Source: Trichodelitschia bisporula (Eukaryota). From it: a DNA stretch of 64,000 nt. The notes beneath the pieces were generated by a model. That model ran no database searches and was not told the origin of the DNA. It saw only the letters and a list, made by a program, of their open reading frames with translations. Shown here piece after piece: positions 36,901-49,618 of the stretch. Each line of letters opens with the position of its first letter. Position 1 is the first letter of the stretch. The stretch lies in NCBI GenBank assembly GCA_010356995.1, contig ML996702.1, positions 186,001 through 250,000 of the forward strand, given 5' to 3'. The position numbers and the translations under genes are program-made.

Positions 36901-39367
36901 TCCAAGGGCCGTTTCTCCGTAATCGAATATGCTCGGCGCAGTCCGCGTGTTACAACTCGCAGATAGACGACCGGGGGCCCGAACAAACTGCTCCGTAAGT
37001 GCGTAAAGCGGGTTGTAAATGATGCCAAAGGAGGCAGCGGGTTCGTGATAGTTAGGCCAACGCCGCAACCCACTCCGCATGCCAACGTTATCCCTTTGTC
37101 TCTCACCCATCCATGATGCTGCTGGGGCCGAAACGAGGACACGGAGTTTGTCACTTGGTCCTTTCTCACTTCCATTTCTCTTTCCGCTGCTTCCAACATC
37201 CTTTCATCCACTTTGCCGTCGTTACGTTGGCCCCCGCAGCGTCCACCCCCATCCATGCCTCGTCTGCCGGACTAGCTCGTTTCTGCAGGCCGCGCCTTCA
37301 TCCGTCGCCTTCCTTCATCCGTCGTACTCGTGTCAATATCAGTGCCCGCGCAGGCGAAGCGACGTCGCGACGCATCCCCGGGAAAGGAAGTAGCAAGCAA
37401 CCCGCAATCTTCTGCGTTACAGCCGAAGCCGCGACCGCGTTCACCGCTTTCCCCGTGCGGCAGATTGACTTTGGCTCGTTGAAAACTGACTTTTGGCTCG
37501 TGGAAGGTGGGGCTAGGTGGGCAGCTTCTTTAGGCCCCAGGGTCCAGGCATGAAGTCAATTCAGACAACTTGCCGGCTGCACAAGCTGGCTGCACAAGTT
37601 GTGAAGCCGTCTCTAAGATCGCAGCAGCCGCCTGCTCCACCTCGCCTCCAACTTTCGCCGTCGGCCGCGCACATACTTGCTCATTCCCAAACCACCCCCG
37701 ACATATCGCGCGCCCATCGCCGACTCCACTTTCTCTAACCGTCACGCCGGGATGAAGGAGCCGGAAGCAAGGTATCTGGCGCGGCAGGTGCTGCATCCAG
37801 TTGCCCGCGGCCGGTAGCCTCATCATGCCGCAGCACACCTGAGATTCTGGTGTTGCTGTGTTGCGGCTTGCCGCTCGAATCATAGCGGCGCATGAAGTAT
37901 GGAGTCAAAGTGACTGGGCGGCATTCAGTCACTTGGAATGCTGCGCATCAGGTGTCCGACAGCCGGCGGTGAACTGCAAATCGGCGCATGGCTCTCCCTT
38001 CCCTCCCTCCCGTCACAGCGTCCGGTGCTGTTGTGATGCATTCTTGGTTTGATTTACCCGCCAGCTGGGATCGAACCTTTCTCCCCCACCTCGCTTTCAA
38101 CCCAAGCTCCCCTGCACGATGCGTGCGAAGTCACTGGCTGGCTGGTTTAGCCTTGAGCTGTTACGACATTATCGATCTGCCGCGTCCTCCCTTGCTCCCC
38201 GATGATCCGAAGAGGAGCACGCAGTTGGTGGAGCAGCGCAGCCTGACTGCCGCCGGCATCGAATATCCATTCTGATACGAGCCAGCAAGCGGAGCAAGCT
38301 GCTAGCTGTGTGGCTTGACCCCTCCCACGCCGCCCTTCCGGACCCCTCCATTAGAGCGGAAAGAGCATTGTACCCCTTGACCTACACCCTATCATCAACC
38401 TTTTCAGTCCCGCCTGTCTTACCATCCCGTTTCCGCGCCGGTAAAAGGGCGAGTTTGCGCCTTGCGCATCTGGCTCCATCTTCCTCTAGCAACACCGCTA
38501 ATTAGCATGACGCTCATCTCACACAGAACGCTGCAACCATGGATGACGAGGGGCAAAGTCCCGCATATCCATTCCGCCTCGCGAAAGCTGACGACAAAAA
38601 GCCGACGATCGGCAGGTCGAACCCGTCTCCGCCAATGAGCGACGTTCGCTTTTTAGTCTTTTGCCTCGTTCCTCGCTCTCGACCAACCGTTAACAAGTTG
38701 CGTATTTTACCAACGTACTCCACTTGTTGACCGATCCCGGACGAGGCGCATGCACGCACCGCCCCAGCCTAGCCTTACTGCATCCGGGAATCAGAATACG
38801 TAGTTGATATCCCACGAATCCGGCTATGCGTTGCCATCGCCTCCCTCGCGCACCAGGCCAAAGGCAAAGGCCATGTCACCAGGCGTGCAAAGTCCGCAAC
38901 CATCTCCAGGCGCGCCAGGCTCCAGCAGGACCGGAAAGCAAGAACCAAAGCGGTACTGCGCAATCCGGCTAGGGTAGGAACCAGTCAAAGGACCTCGCAC
39001 AAGGCCGCGACAAGGCCGCGACCCTATCAAGCAGGCTTCCCACCCCACCGGACCCTTAGCGCTGATTCGACGGAATGCTCTGACTGAAAGAAGGCCGCGA
39101 AGAGCATATTCACCACTCGGCCGGTAACCGTGGTCCATCATTCCCCGCGCACCGCAGTACGTACCGTACTCCCTTTGCTACGTCAGGTCCGTCCTGTGCG
39201 GATCACACCCCGCGTGCGGCTGGCCGGTACGTACCATCGTCGTATTCCGCGCACGTCCCGTAATGTGCGCTTATCAAGCCGGAAGCGAGGCGCTCTCCAG
39301 TAAGCGGTCATTGATTCCAGCGGAGACGAGGCTAGGGCATCTCCACCGCAATCGTGCTCCGATTCCG

Positions 39368-40215
39368 TATCCCGATCCATCGCGGCGTGGAGCTATCATC
39401 ACAGCGAGGAGCTATCACCACAGCATGGAGCTATCGCCGTGATCAAGCACCGCTTCATTGCGCTGGGATTGCGTAATGCCGACTGACTCCTTGCTTGCAC
39501 TTTCAGGGTGGATACGTGTACCGCGTGCGCGCCTCGGCCGCCTCCACGGCAACGACCAGGCTAGGGGTATAACTCCCGCAAATGCACTCGATTTTATGTC
39601 CCAATCCACCACGGCGAGGAGCTACTACCATGGGATGGAGCCATCACCGCAGTGACATGCACCGCTTATTGCACTGGAGAAGTGTTCGCCGACTGACTCC
39701 TTGCTTGCTTCGCGGCTAGTGGTTACGTGTACCGCGTGTGCGCCTTGGCCGGGTCCACGACGACCATCAAGCCAGGGGTATATCACCTACAATTTGCACC
39801 CGATTTCATGTCCCGATCCATCACGGCGAGGAGCTATCACCACAGCGAGGAGCTACCACCACGGTATGGGGTCTTCGCCGCAGTGAAGGCACCGCTCATT
39901 TGCACCGGAATCGTGCTCGCCGACTGCCTCTTTGCTTGCTTCGCAGTAAGTGGGTACGTATGCCGTGTGCGCGCGCCGGCCGGCTCCGAGACGACGACCA
40001 AGCCAGGGGTATATAACCCACAAATGCACCCGATTCCTTATCAGATCCACCTCTGCGTGGAACTATCACCACAGCATGGAGGTATCGCTGCGGCGCAAGC
40101 ACCACTCATTGCACCGGAGTTGTGCTCGCCGACTAACTCCTTTACTTCCTCGCGGCGGGCAGGTTCGTACTGTGGTACGGTACAGCATGCGCGCGTCGGC
40201 TGGGTCCACGGCCCC
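39368..40215. repeat. Tandem array of ~4 diverged 210-230 bp units with a nested 19-bp subrepeat
   Basis: Anchor gccgact at 39478, 39688, 39919 and 40128 (periods 210, 231, 209). Shared blocks ggagctatcaccacagc, ttgcttgc, tacgtgtaccgcgtg, aggggtata, tgcacYcgatt. Confidence 0.9.
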
Positions 40216-40582
40216 TCAAAAGTCCCATCGCGCCCCGCAGAAATTTCTTGCCGCCCCTCGCTCAGCCCTTTGCCGAATCAGAAAGCAGAGACTATTGAAT
40301 GGGAGGGTCGAGATGACTTTTGCGAGGCGATATAGCTTTTGCGGGTAGTCCGCGGTCTCGAAAAGCATTTATCTGGCGCTGGTTCGTCCCCGATACCGGC
40401 CGGTTATGCTGCGCCCGGCCTGCTTTTATCTGGCCCGCCGGCCCCAGCCGGCCCCAGCCGGCCGTGCTGCGCCCGACCTGTTATTCCTAAGGCTGTGTGT
40501 GTGAGAGGCCGGCATGTGACATGGGGACAGGAATCGAATACCGAATTGGAGGGACGGAGTCACAAGTCGAAAGGGCCTGGCT

Positions 40583-40609
40583 TGGTCTGGTCTGGTCTGG
40601 TCTGGTCTG
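40583..40609. repeat. (TGGTC)5 microsatellite
   Basis: tggtctggtctggtctggtctggtctg; nearby (gccccagccg)2 at 40441-40460. Confidence 0.85.
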
Positions 40610-41389
40610 CTGGTGGAAGCTTTGGGCAGTTATGCGTATGCTTATGCGTTGCTGCGTGTGCTGGCCTGGCTGCTTGCCTGGGTGCCTTCCTCGCGGCCTA
40701 GTGTACGTTGCATACACGGTAAGGGGCCAGAACACTGTCCTGTTTGTGGCCGTGGGTTGCTGCGGAATCTTTGTACATTGCACTTTACTGTGCAAGTGCT
40801 CATCATTGTCCTGCCTGATTAGATCGGCCTTCCTGATGAGTGTGGCTGATGGAGATGAGCCTCAACTGAGGACAGACAATGAAAGGTGGACATGGGAATG
40901 GGTCCGTAGGATGTTCCGTCGCCGACATGTACACTATGGTTCGGGATCTCCGCAAGACCCAAGGTTCAGGGGGATCCGACAGCCGGAATGAATCTCGGTT
41001 CAAAGTAGTGACTTGCTCCTTGGGGGATCTTTGCGGAGGAGGAGGCTATGACTTTCTGGGTAGCCGTTGCGGATAAGGCTGGCTCCGCCTTCTCGCGTGG
41101 CCTTTGCGCCATCTGAAGACGGTGAGCCAAGTATCGGTTACGTTCTAGACCAATTAAGCGAATATATAAGCACACTAGCAAACTGCCCAAAATGTTACTT
41201 CCCTACATCCAAATCAGAACTTCCAGTGTGTTCATCTGCTCAACCGCAGTTTTCCTCAATTTTTTTGTCCAAACAACTTGTCCTAGTATGCCGTACCTTT
41301 GTCGAAATAGCTTCAACGTGTTCTGCGCTGTAAATCCCTGATATCGATGTCGAAACCGGAGCCTCCAGTGCGTTCGTTTGCTTAATCGT

Positions 41390-43090
41390 ATTCTCCTCCG
41401 GTTGTTTGGCCAAGCACAGTCTTCCGGCATGTCGTACCTTCATCGTGAAATGGGACCAACTTACTCTGAGCCCAAAGTCCCTGATCTGGATGCCGTGTTC
41501 AGCAAGCCATTGATGCAGTCCCGTGATTACAGGGACGCGCGTCTGGTCCCAACCTACTACGTAATCATGACCTCAGATGGCCAGTTCCAAGGTTCAACCT
41601 TGCGGCGGTCAGCCTTGCGGGGGGCAATCCTTTGCAGAGGAGCTCTGGGAGCTCCAATAGCAGAGGCCGACAGACAGTACACGATGGCAGACTCGCCAGC
41701 AGCGCACTGTGGAGTGTACTCAGCTCGAAGGGAAATTCTGAACCAGGCAGGCGCTACCGAGCCTGGGGGTTCGCCACCGCGGTGGGCAAGCATCCGTGTG
41801 TTGTGGTCAGGCTCATTTCAAGATCCGTGAACTGAGAGAGGGGTGGTCAGGATGACTGTATCGTCAGACTCACAACAAGGCCGCGTCCGACATGATATTG
41901 GGAATCCGATGAGGTATACTGAAGAGATTTGCAGAGTGGGAAAGGCTCTGTTGGACCGCAATGACGATCCCGATCCCAATGTCAAATTCAGCTAACCAGC
42001 GTTGAAATCCGGCAATTACAGGGACGCGGCTGGTCCCACTGTTCCAACGAGCCAGCCTGATCGTAACGTCAAACTGCTAGTGTCGGCGGTCGGCTTTGCG
42101 AGGGACAATCCAGTGCAGAAGAGCTCTGGGAGGTTCAGTAACAAAGCCGCGCAAACAGCACACGATGGCAAACTTGTCAGCAGCCCAGTGGGGAAGGTAC
42201 TCAGCTTGAAGGTGAAGTCAGAATCAGCCAGGGGCTCTCGAGCCTGGGGTTGTCCTGCCCACGGTGGTTAGGCATCCGCGTTCAGTAGTCATAGCTCATT
42301 TCAAAATCAGGGAACTCAGAAGAGTTAGAAATTGACGAGTGCATCGCCAGACTCACGGCAAGGCCGCGTCCGATTTGGTGTAAGGAAACCGATGAGGATC
42401 GAATTCTCCTCCAGTTGTTGGACCAAATCTAGTGTCCCAGTATACCGTACCTGCATCGTGAAAGATGTTCGACTTGTTCTGAGCCCTAAATTCCTGATCA
42501 CGATAGCCGATTTAGTTAGCCAGTATTGCAATCCGGTGATCACAGAGACGGGTCCGTTCCGCTAGCAAGAATCGTCAGCAGCAGCCTGTGAAGCGTTTTC
42601 AGCTTAAAGGGGACGCCAGAGCCGGTCAGGGGCTGTCGAGTGCGGGCCGTCGGCTCCATGAAGAGTAAGCATTCGTGTTCTGTAGTCATAGCCCATTTCC
42701 ATACCCACAAAATTGAAAGAGATGGGTGGGACGGCTGTATCGTGAGACTCACTGCAGTGCCTGCATCCGACGTGGAATAGGGGAAACCGCTGAGGACCGC
42801 AACCTCCTCCGGTTGTTTGACCAAATTTAGTGTTCCAGCATGCTGTAACTGTATCGTGAAACAGGGTTAGCTTGCTGAGGGCCCAAGTCCCTGATCCAGA
42901 TGCGCGATGCAACAAGCCAGTATTGCAATACGGTGATCTCAGGGACGGGTCTGGTCCGCTGGACAGAATCGTCAGCAGCGTAGTGTGAGTTGCATTCAGC
43001 TCAAAGGGGAATCACGAACCGGTTGGGGGCTATCGAGCCTGGGGTGGTTGAGGACTGCATGGTGATACTTACGGCAACGCCGCGTCCGAC
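41390..43090. repeat. Tandem array of ~4 diverged 400-520 bp units
   Basis: cagRgacg anchors at 41530, 42019, 42543 and 42940; ctcctccRgttgtt at 41393, 42406 and 42804; atcgtgaaa, cagcagc, cgagcctgggg, agactcac and gccgcgtccga blocks recur in colinear order with unit-specific deletions. Confidence 0.85.
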
Positions 43091-44186
43091 GCTGCGTGGA
43101 GAATGTGGTGAGATTTGTTCGTCCAGGGGAAACGGGAAGTTCGCCACCACAGGTGCAAGGGCCGCCCAGAGAATCGGAGCCGCTCTACTTGGGCATCTTG
43201 AAGGACACGATGGTCAGGACTTTACGAGGGCGGGGGCAAACTCACTGCATTTTTCCCCCTCGACCAACCTATACCGAAGGGCTCTGCAGTGGGAGATGCT
43301 CTGCTGAAGCGCCATGACAAGCGTAATGCGGGTTAGGGGGCTTCCGGGACGGGTGAAGTGCTCCGGTGTGACATGTGTATAGCAAAATGTTGATATAATT
43401 TGGGTGACTAGTCTGCGTGCTGTGGTACATCTGTGTGATGCCCTTGATTGAGTGGAGCGTCGGAGGCGGCGAAGAACTTAGGTGCGTCAGCGTCGCCGTC
43501 GCCGAAGTGAACGTTGCGAGTCTCGGAACGCTTCTTCGTACGCAGGCGTCTTGCCACCCACAAGCACGAGATTTGGTCGGGCATCCAGGCGGAGACTTGA
43601 TGCTTCTTCCGGAATCACCGAAGATTCCAGCAGAGTTTGCTGGAGGCGGACGAGGATGTGGGAAAGATGGCGCTGGTGACGCCTGTCGTTATCTGATAGT
43701 CATGTACCGGCCAGTTGACAATGCTTGGAAGTCATCGCCGCTGACAGCGTCAGCGCGATAACTCAATATGGGTTCAACATTAACTCAAACTCCGAGCTAG
43801 TTTGGCCTTCACTCAACCTCACAAACAGCCACTCCCTGGCCTACGTTAGCATACCATATTGGGTATAGTCCACGTAATTCAGCAACCAAATAACAGCACA
43901 TCAGCCCGGGAGCTCAGGGGGCTGGCATGAAAGAACCAGGTGTTGGACTGTATCATCCCGAAGACGCGTATGCTCGTCGTGAACGTGGTGTTGTGAACGT
44001 GGTGTCGGTGCCCTGTACACAGTCAAGGACGGTTGGGTCAGCCACCAGGCGTGCCTGTTCGGTTAATATAGCAGTACCATAGCACCAGCCTCTCAATTCG
44101 GGATGTCGTGACTGCAAGAAGGGACGATACACAGTATCATTCACGGACAGTGGTGGCGGGGCACCAGATATAAGACCGACTGTGAA

Positions 44187-44790
44187 GAGTTCCATTCTCA
44201 GCATCAATATGGTGTCCTGTCTCAAGTGATCTGGATCCGTCTCTCTGCGAGAAGTAAGCTGGGTATGGAGATGAAGATAGGTACCGATCTTCGCGTTGTC
44301 CCTAGCTGTAGCCTTCTTCACATGATGTCGGGCGTAATGTAGGCGATACGGCGTCACAATGTCCGTACCTCATGACTATTTAACATCAGTCTCCGCTCAT
44401 CACCGACAGCCCCTACCAGACCTTAACTCCTGCTCCCGCCTCGGCGCTCCGCGCGTCACCGCTGTACTAGGACCGAGTATATAGAGTTCCCTTTCAGTGT
44501 CAGCATGGCCTCCTGTGTCCAGCAGTCTGGATCTGCCCTCCTGTGAGATGAAGCTGGGTGCGGGGATGAGGGTAGGTACTAATCCTCGCGTTGTCTCTTG
44601 GCCGCGGCATCGCTATGCCTTCGGGGCACGACGTAGTGTGAGCACAATACGGCGCCACAATACCAACACCTAATGCCTATACCACACATCAGTATCAGCC
44701 TATGACCCACGAGTCCTAACAGTCCTTATCTCCAGCTTCTCATGTGGCAAGCGGCAACATCAGTCTCACTCCACCACCCACAGCCTCAGC
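44187..44790. repeat. Diverged ~297-bp tandem duplication plus a partial third copy
   Basis: gagttcc at 44187 and 44484; tctggatc, aagctgggt, taggtac, tcgcgttgtc, atacggcgYcacaat and acatcagt are colinear in both copies. Confidence 0.75.
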
Positions 44791-46513
44791 AGTCCTCACC
44801 TCTCGCTTCACTCCCTCCCGTCATCTTTCACCCCATCCCCGGGAACCGAATACCCCGAGAGCCGTCCCTCCCCTCATCCTCCACGCCATCCCTCTCATCC
44901 CTGCCCCAATAACCGAATACTCGGCGCCCCCCCCACCCCCCTGAAGTCGCCATGGCGAAGGTATCGAGGCTTCTGGGTGCGCTTCAAGTAGTGTGAAGGA
45001 CTCTGTGTAGGCCGCCGCCCAAAGCGTATCGGTTGTTCAGTAAGAGATCAAGTTCTCCGTCGATTGTTCCTCCTCCTCCTTTACCGGCAGGAAACTCCAA
45101 CTGCGTAAGGCGACGGCAGCTGGAAGTCCGGTTGAGTTAGGCGGCGTGGCAGGGACCAAGGCCTGCACTGGGGCCTTGGGTCGTGCTGGGAAGCATCTAG
45201 TTGCGCAATAGAAGCGTAAATGCCGCATCGCTTTCCCGTTAACATGAGGCTGTTGTATTGCAGAAGCCTGTTCCGCATCGCCGTCTCGGTGATGTTGACT
45301 TCGCGGCCCAGCAATTGAGTCTCTCCACAGTGCAGGCTTGCTCGGCCTTACTCGAAGCTCTCCAGCCTCCCCGTCTCACATCCCCAACCCCATGGCTGCA
45401 ATTATCCGCTCCCAGAGAGCCCAGTGTCGGGGTTGCTTCAGGCGGGCTGGTCGACGCAGACGGCGGAAGGCCCGCATGAGGCTCATAAGGTATTCGAATC
45501 GGGCAACGGAAATCGGGGACGACACTCTGCCAGGCCGGAGGGTTTTTTGAGTCGGAAGCGACAGGTAGGCGCACCGAGTAGTTGGAGTTGCCGTAGGTGG
45601 TAAGATTGGCTGTCATATGTGTTAGTGCTCCATATTAAAGCAAAGCTTCTCCGCCACGACATGCCCAGGAAAGGGTCTCCTCGTGCGATATTGATTTTGA
45701 TGGAAAGCAGGCCATAGTTATGACAGGCGGTTGGAGGTGACTCTGACTCCTTCCTAATGCAGTGTATATTGTAGCAGCGGAATCTCGAAACTCCTCCGTG
45801 TCTCACGAGGGGGTGTATCGGGCGGTAGCTGGTTCTCAACTGGGTGCGATCGCTTTAAGGGATATAGCCGATGATGGACGGAGAATTGCACTCTGTTCTC
45901 CAGGTCTATACGCTAGAACTAGTCTACCATACAGGCGGGGCGAACAATAAGGAGTCACACACGTTGAGCTTACGAAAGAACATTAGCTCGCAACAACGCA
46001 AAGAAGTTTAACAAACTTGGTACATGTAGCCCTAGCATCTAGGCAAATCTCCGGGCCGAGTTTGAGCAACTATCTATCGCTCGTTGCGATCGTATTGTCG
46101 TTCCGGGACCTGTCGGTGTACAATCTGGAAGCGGGCTCGTGTATACCTTTTTTGCCTCCGCAAGTCTATCCTTCTGGGGCGGGCGAACTTGATGCCGGTC
46201 ATATGCAATGACCCACCAGCCCGGGCCGGCCGGGCGTCGGGTATCAAGAGCAGCGGTCCGCATCGAGAGTGTGAGCGTTGTTCCGGCGTACATCGCAGGT
46301 CGGCTGAAGTTTGGAGCGTGTTCGGTCACCACGCCCCTGCGCAGAAGTCAAAGCATCATACTGGGAATGCAGAATAGGCTAGACCGATAATGGCGTCCGG
46401 TGGGGAAGTAAAGTGATGAAATTCTCGATATAAGATTCCAAAGATGTTAAGTGCTGAAGACCTGCTGCAAGTATTCCGCCAAGGCGCTATACCCGCACGC
46501 GGAATTGGGTCCT

Positions 46514-46608
46514 GGGGTCAATGGTTAGTCAAAACAGTGATGTTACCCCCCTCACCCGACTTTTGCTGAGGGGAGGCAGTATCACTTTTTCGATTAACCC
46601 TTGGCCCT
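46514..46608. repeat. Imperfect ~41-bp inverted repeat (long hairpin, 12-nt loop)
   Basis: ggggtcaatggttagtcaaaacagtgatgttacccccctca / cccgacttttgc / tgaggggaggcagtatcactttttcgattaacccttggccct. Confidence 0.65.
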
Positions 46609-49600
46609 GAATGCCGGGATAGTTATCAAACTCGGCGTTGGATCGCACCAGCAAGCGTCGTCTAGAGCTTCATTCAACATCACATCACTCCGTGTGCTTG
46701 CTCGCCCACTGCACTATTGTTGGGGTCCAGACAGCCTTTGCGATTTCGAACTTCAAGCTTGCTAAATCGGAACGCTAGCGTTAAGTGCCATCAGCTTGAA
46801 CCCCCTGCTGATTGTATTGCGAGGCTTTTCTCTGAGGAGGCTTCGGCAGAAGTTGGTTGCTCCTCTTGGGGATGATTTATATTCTGTTAGGAGTTGTGAT
46901 CTGAGGAAGACTGGCGCTTTCGGCTGTTATAACTGGACATGGTGTGGGCCTTATTGCCATTGACTGTCACTTGGTTTTCATCTGTCGGACATGTAAGTGT
47001 AATTCCTTTTGAGTTGGGGGAGTCACTATGTGCGGAGCCTTGGGACATTCGATATATCCCGGCGGTGAGTGAGGGCTAGCGAGGCCATTCGATTTCAATC
47101 CATAACTTTTGCTGTACCACATTAGATAAAAGGATCTAGGACAATCCACTGCGTATAACGGCATACCTAAAATGATTCGCTTCCTGTAGGCGGTGATAGC
47201 GACGTTGGCGAGCAATATTTGTCTCCAGTCAGGGAGCGGTGCTGCGACGACGAACACTTGAGATACACTGCCCATGCACAATGGCTGGTTGATATGGGCT
47301 TCACCTCGGTCTTGATCACACCTCTGGCTCCAGTTGAGCGACCATCAGCCTTGCATACTGAGTGTCCACGACTGAAGATGCTGTACACGGAGATGCTCAG
47401 CGAATTGATTGTGATTTCTTCCTCTGCATAGTGAACGGACTCGTTACTCCTTCGGGGTTTCTCGTCCGAGCATAAACTAAAATATGCCTATGAGAAAACT
47501 GTTAACGATAGCGATGTCTTACTGTCCGAATCCCGTCTGCTGTTATACCATGAAGCATTCGTGGCATTGCGATCGTGAACGTCCCCCGGATAAACGTTCA
47601 TCCTCCGACTTGCTGGAAAGTTATGACCGGGGTGCCCAGATTCCACATAAAGGCATCCATTTCTCGAATGCTTCGGTCCTCTGCCAACACAATTCTGCCA
47701 CAAGACATATTTTATCATCTCATCCGTCGAAAGTGCCCCAACTTCAACGCCCGAGTGGACATCGGGAGAAGAGGGCCTATATCCAAGACGGCAACCATAT
47801 TGGCCGCTACTTGTGGGGAGTGCCATGCGTAGACGTGCTCTCTGAGAGCGTCGTCACTAGAACTTCATCTTCAGTTCACGTCTTTGAGCATCTCTCTATT
47901 CTCAAAACTGTTACTCGGTTCTTATTAACTATGCTGACTCGGTCCCTCATGATTCCCTTCCAATAGTCAAATCCAAAGCCCATCCTACGCACGTCCGCTC
48001 CCCTAGTCGAAAGACCTACCTTCCACCGCGTCAAGCATCCCTCGTAGACACCAGGGCAAACCCAGAGCTTACGCACTGTTCTCACCCTCTGTGCGGAACA
48101 AAAGAGTGATTTCTGCGAAGCCGCTGGTGGGCTTAACGGCAGGTGGCAGTCGGTTCGGAACAGGGTTAAGAGACGCTGTTAGTAGACGCTGTGCGTGACC
48201 TTGGCTCAACGGCCTTCCGCGTACAACACTCCGTCATCTCTCCTACACGTAATCAGTGACGAACCCGAGTCTTCTCGGGGACACTCCATATGGTTGGGCA
48301 CTCGTCTGGGTCCCTCACAGCATTGAGCGCAACACTGTCTGCGGAAAGAGCGCTGATATGTTCCAGACGCCTGCAGCGTGTGACGGGTTATGCTGGCAGA
48401 TAGCTTGCGCAGGTGTGGGTGCGCAGAGCGTGTTCCGGGCGCTTCTTTGCGTCTCGAAGTTGGGCTGGTTGGTGTGTGAGATTGGCGAGTGGCAAAAGGG
48501 GCTGGCAAACAAAGAGGATCAAGGGCGTGTGTGACTGTTGCACACTGACGATCCATTGGAAGTGTTCAGATGGTAGAGGGTAACGACGCAGATCTAGATC
48601 CAGGTGTGCTCCTAAAGTGCTAGTTCAATCTCTAGCAAGCTTCAGCGCAGCGACGATGCGGTTGTACGCGTAGAGGGCCGGGTTACATGAGGCTGGTGTC
48701 TGGGCTAATCTGGTGTCTGTTGAGATCGTATTGCGTTATGTGAGACGAGGAGCAGTATTCATGCATTTATGTTGGCGTCTTCCAGTTTCCATGTCTTTCA
48801 CCTGTCATCAATCGTGGAGGACCCAAGAACGGGCTCAGTGTGGTCAGGCGACGCCATACCCTATATCGTTAGCTCAGCGGCGAAGGCAACCATCGCCACG
48901 TCAGCATGATGCGGAGATTAGCAAAAACTGGCCAGATGAACGAGGCGGTTGAGCCGGGCGGTTGGGAGGCAAACTCGCAGATCAAGAAATGAACATCGTA
49001 TATGGCCGCGAGTTCTGCTATGATGAGCTAGAACCGTGACGAGGCGTAGCTCCAAAAGGAACGGACGGAATTACGGTATGCCACAGTTCGGAAGAGTCAA
49101 GACGACGGCTTGGTTGAGGTGGCGACAGCGATAGCGGTTGTACGACGTCTTGGAGTACGAATCCAATCATCAACGCCGGCAGAGATCGACAACTAAGGAG
49201 GCGTGATGGAGGCTGCTGGATTGTTTAGGGGAAACGGCAGCTTTTGAGCCCCAGAAGCGATGATGGTCGGACAAGCGGCTGAGATTCAAGCTTATAGATC
49301 AGGTCGAGCTTACGAAGCCAAAGGGTTGAAGCGGGTCCAGGGATGACAGGAATGGAGTTTACTTATGCCGAATTCAAGGACGTAATTCGACTCAGGGGTA
49401 AGCTAGATCGGAGGCCGTTGCATCGTCGTCTACGTAATATACGGTCATCGGCAGATGGTAGGATTACTAGCTCGTTGGAGGTCGGACCGACGGCAGTACC
49501 GGCTTTCCGATCCTCGGCCAGCTGCCTAAATGCCGATGTACCCTACCTCCCCTATCGGGTATGTGTTACACAGCCGATGCGCTGGGAGGAGGGCAGAGCC

Positions 49601-49618
49601 GTAACATGGGCTGCCGAG

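Noticed and set aside
39368..43090. CRISPR-like reading of the tandem arrays
   Set aside because: Whole units are homologous, with no identical short repeats separated by unique spacers; eukaryotic context and no cas genes.
49000..49350. Coding-looking plus-strand frame interrupted by TAG/TAA stops (possible pseudogene)
   Set aside because: Only a compositional impression with no identifiable homology; it needs frameshift-tolerant BLASTX.
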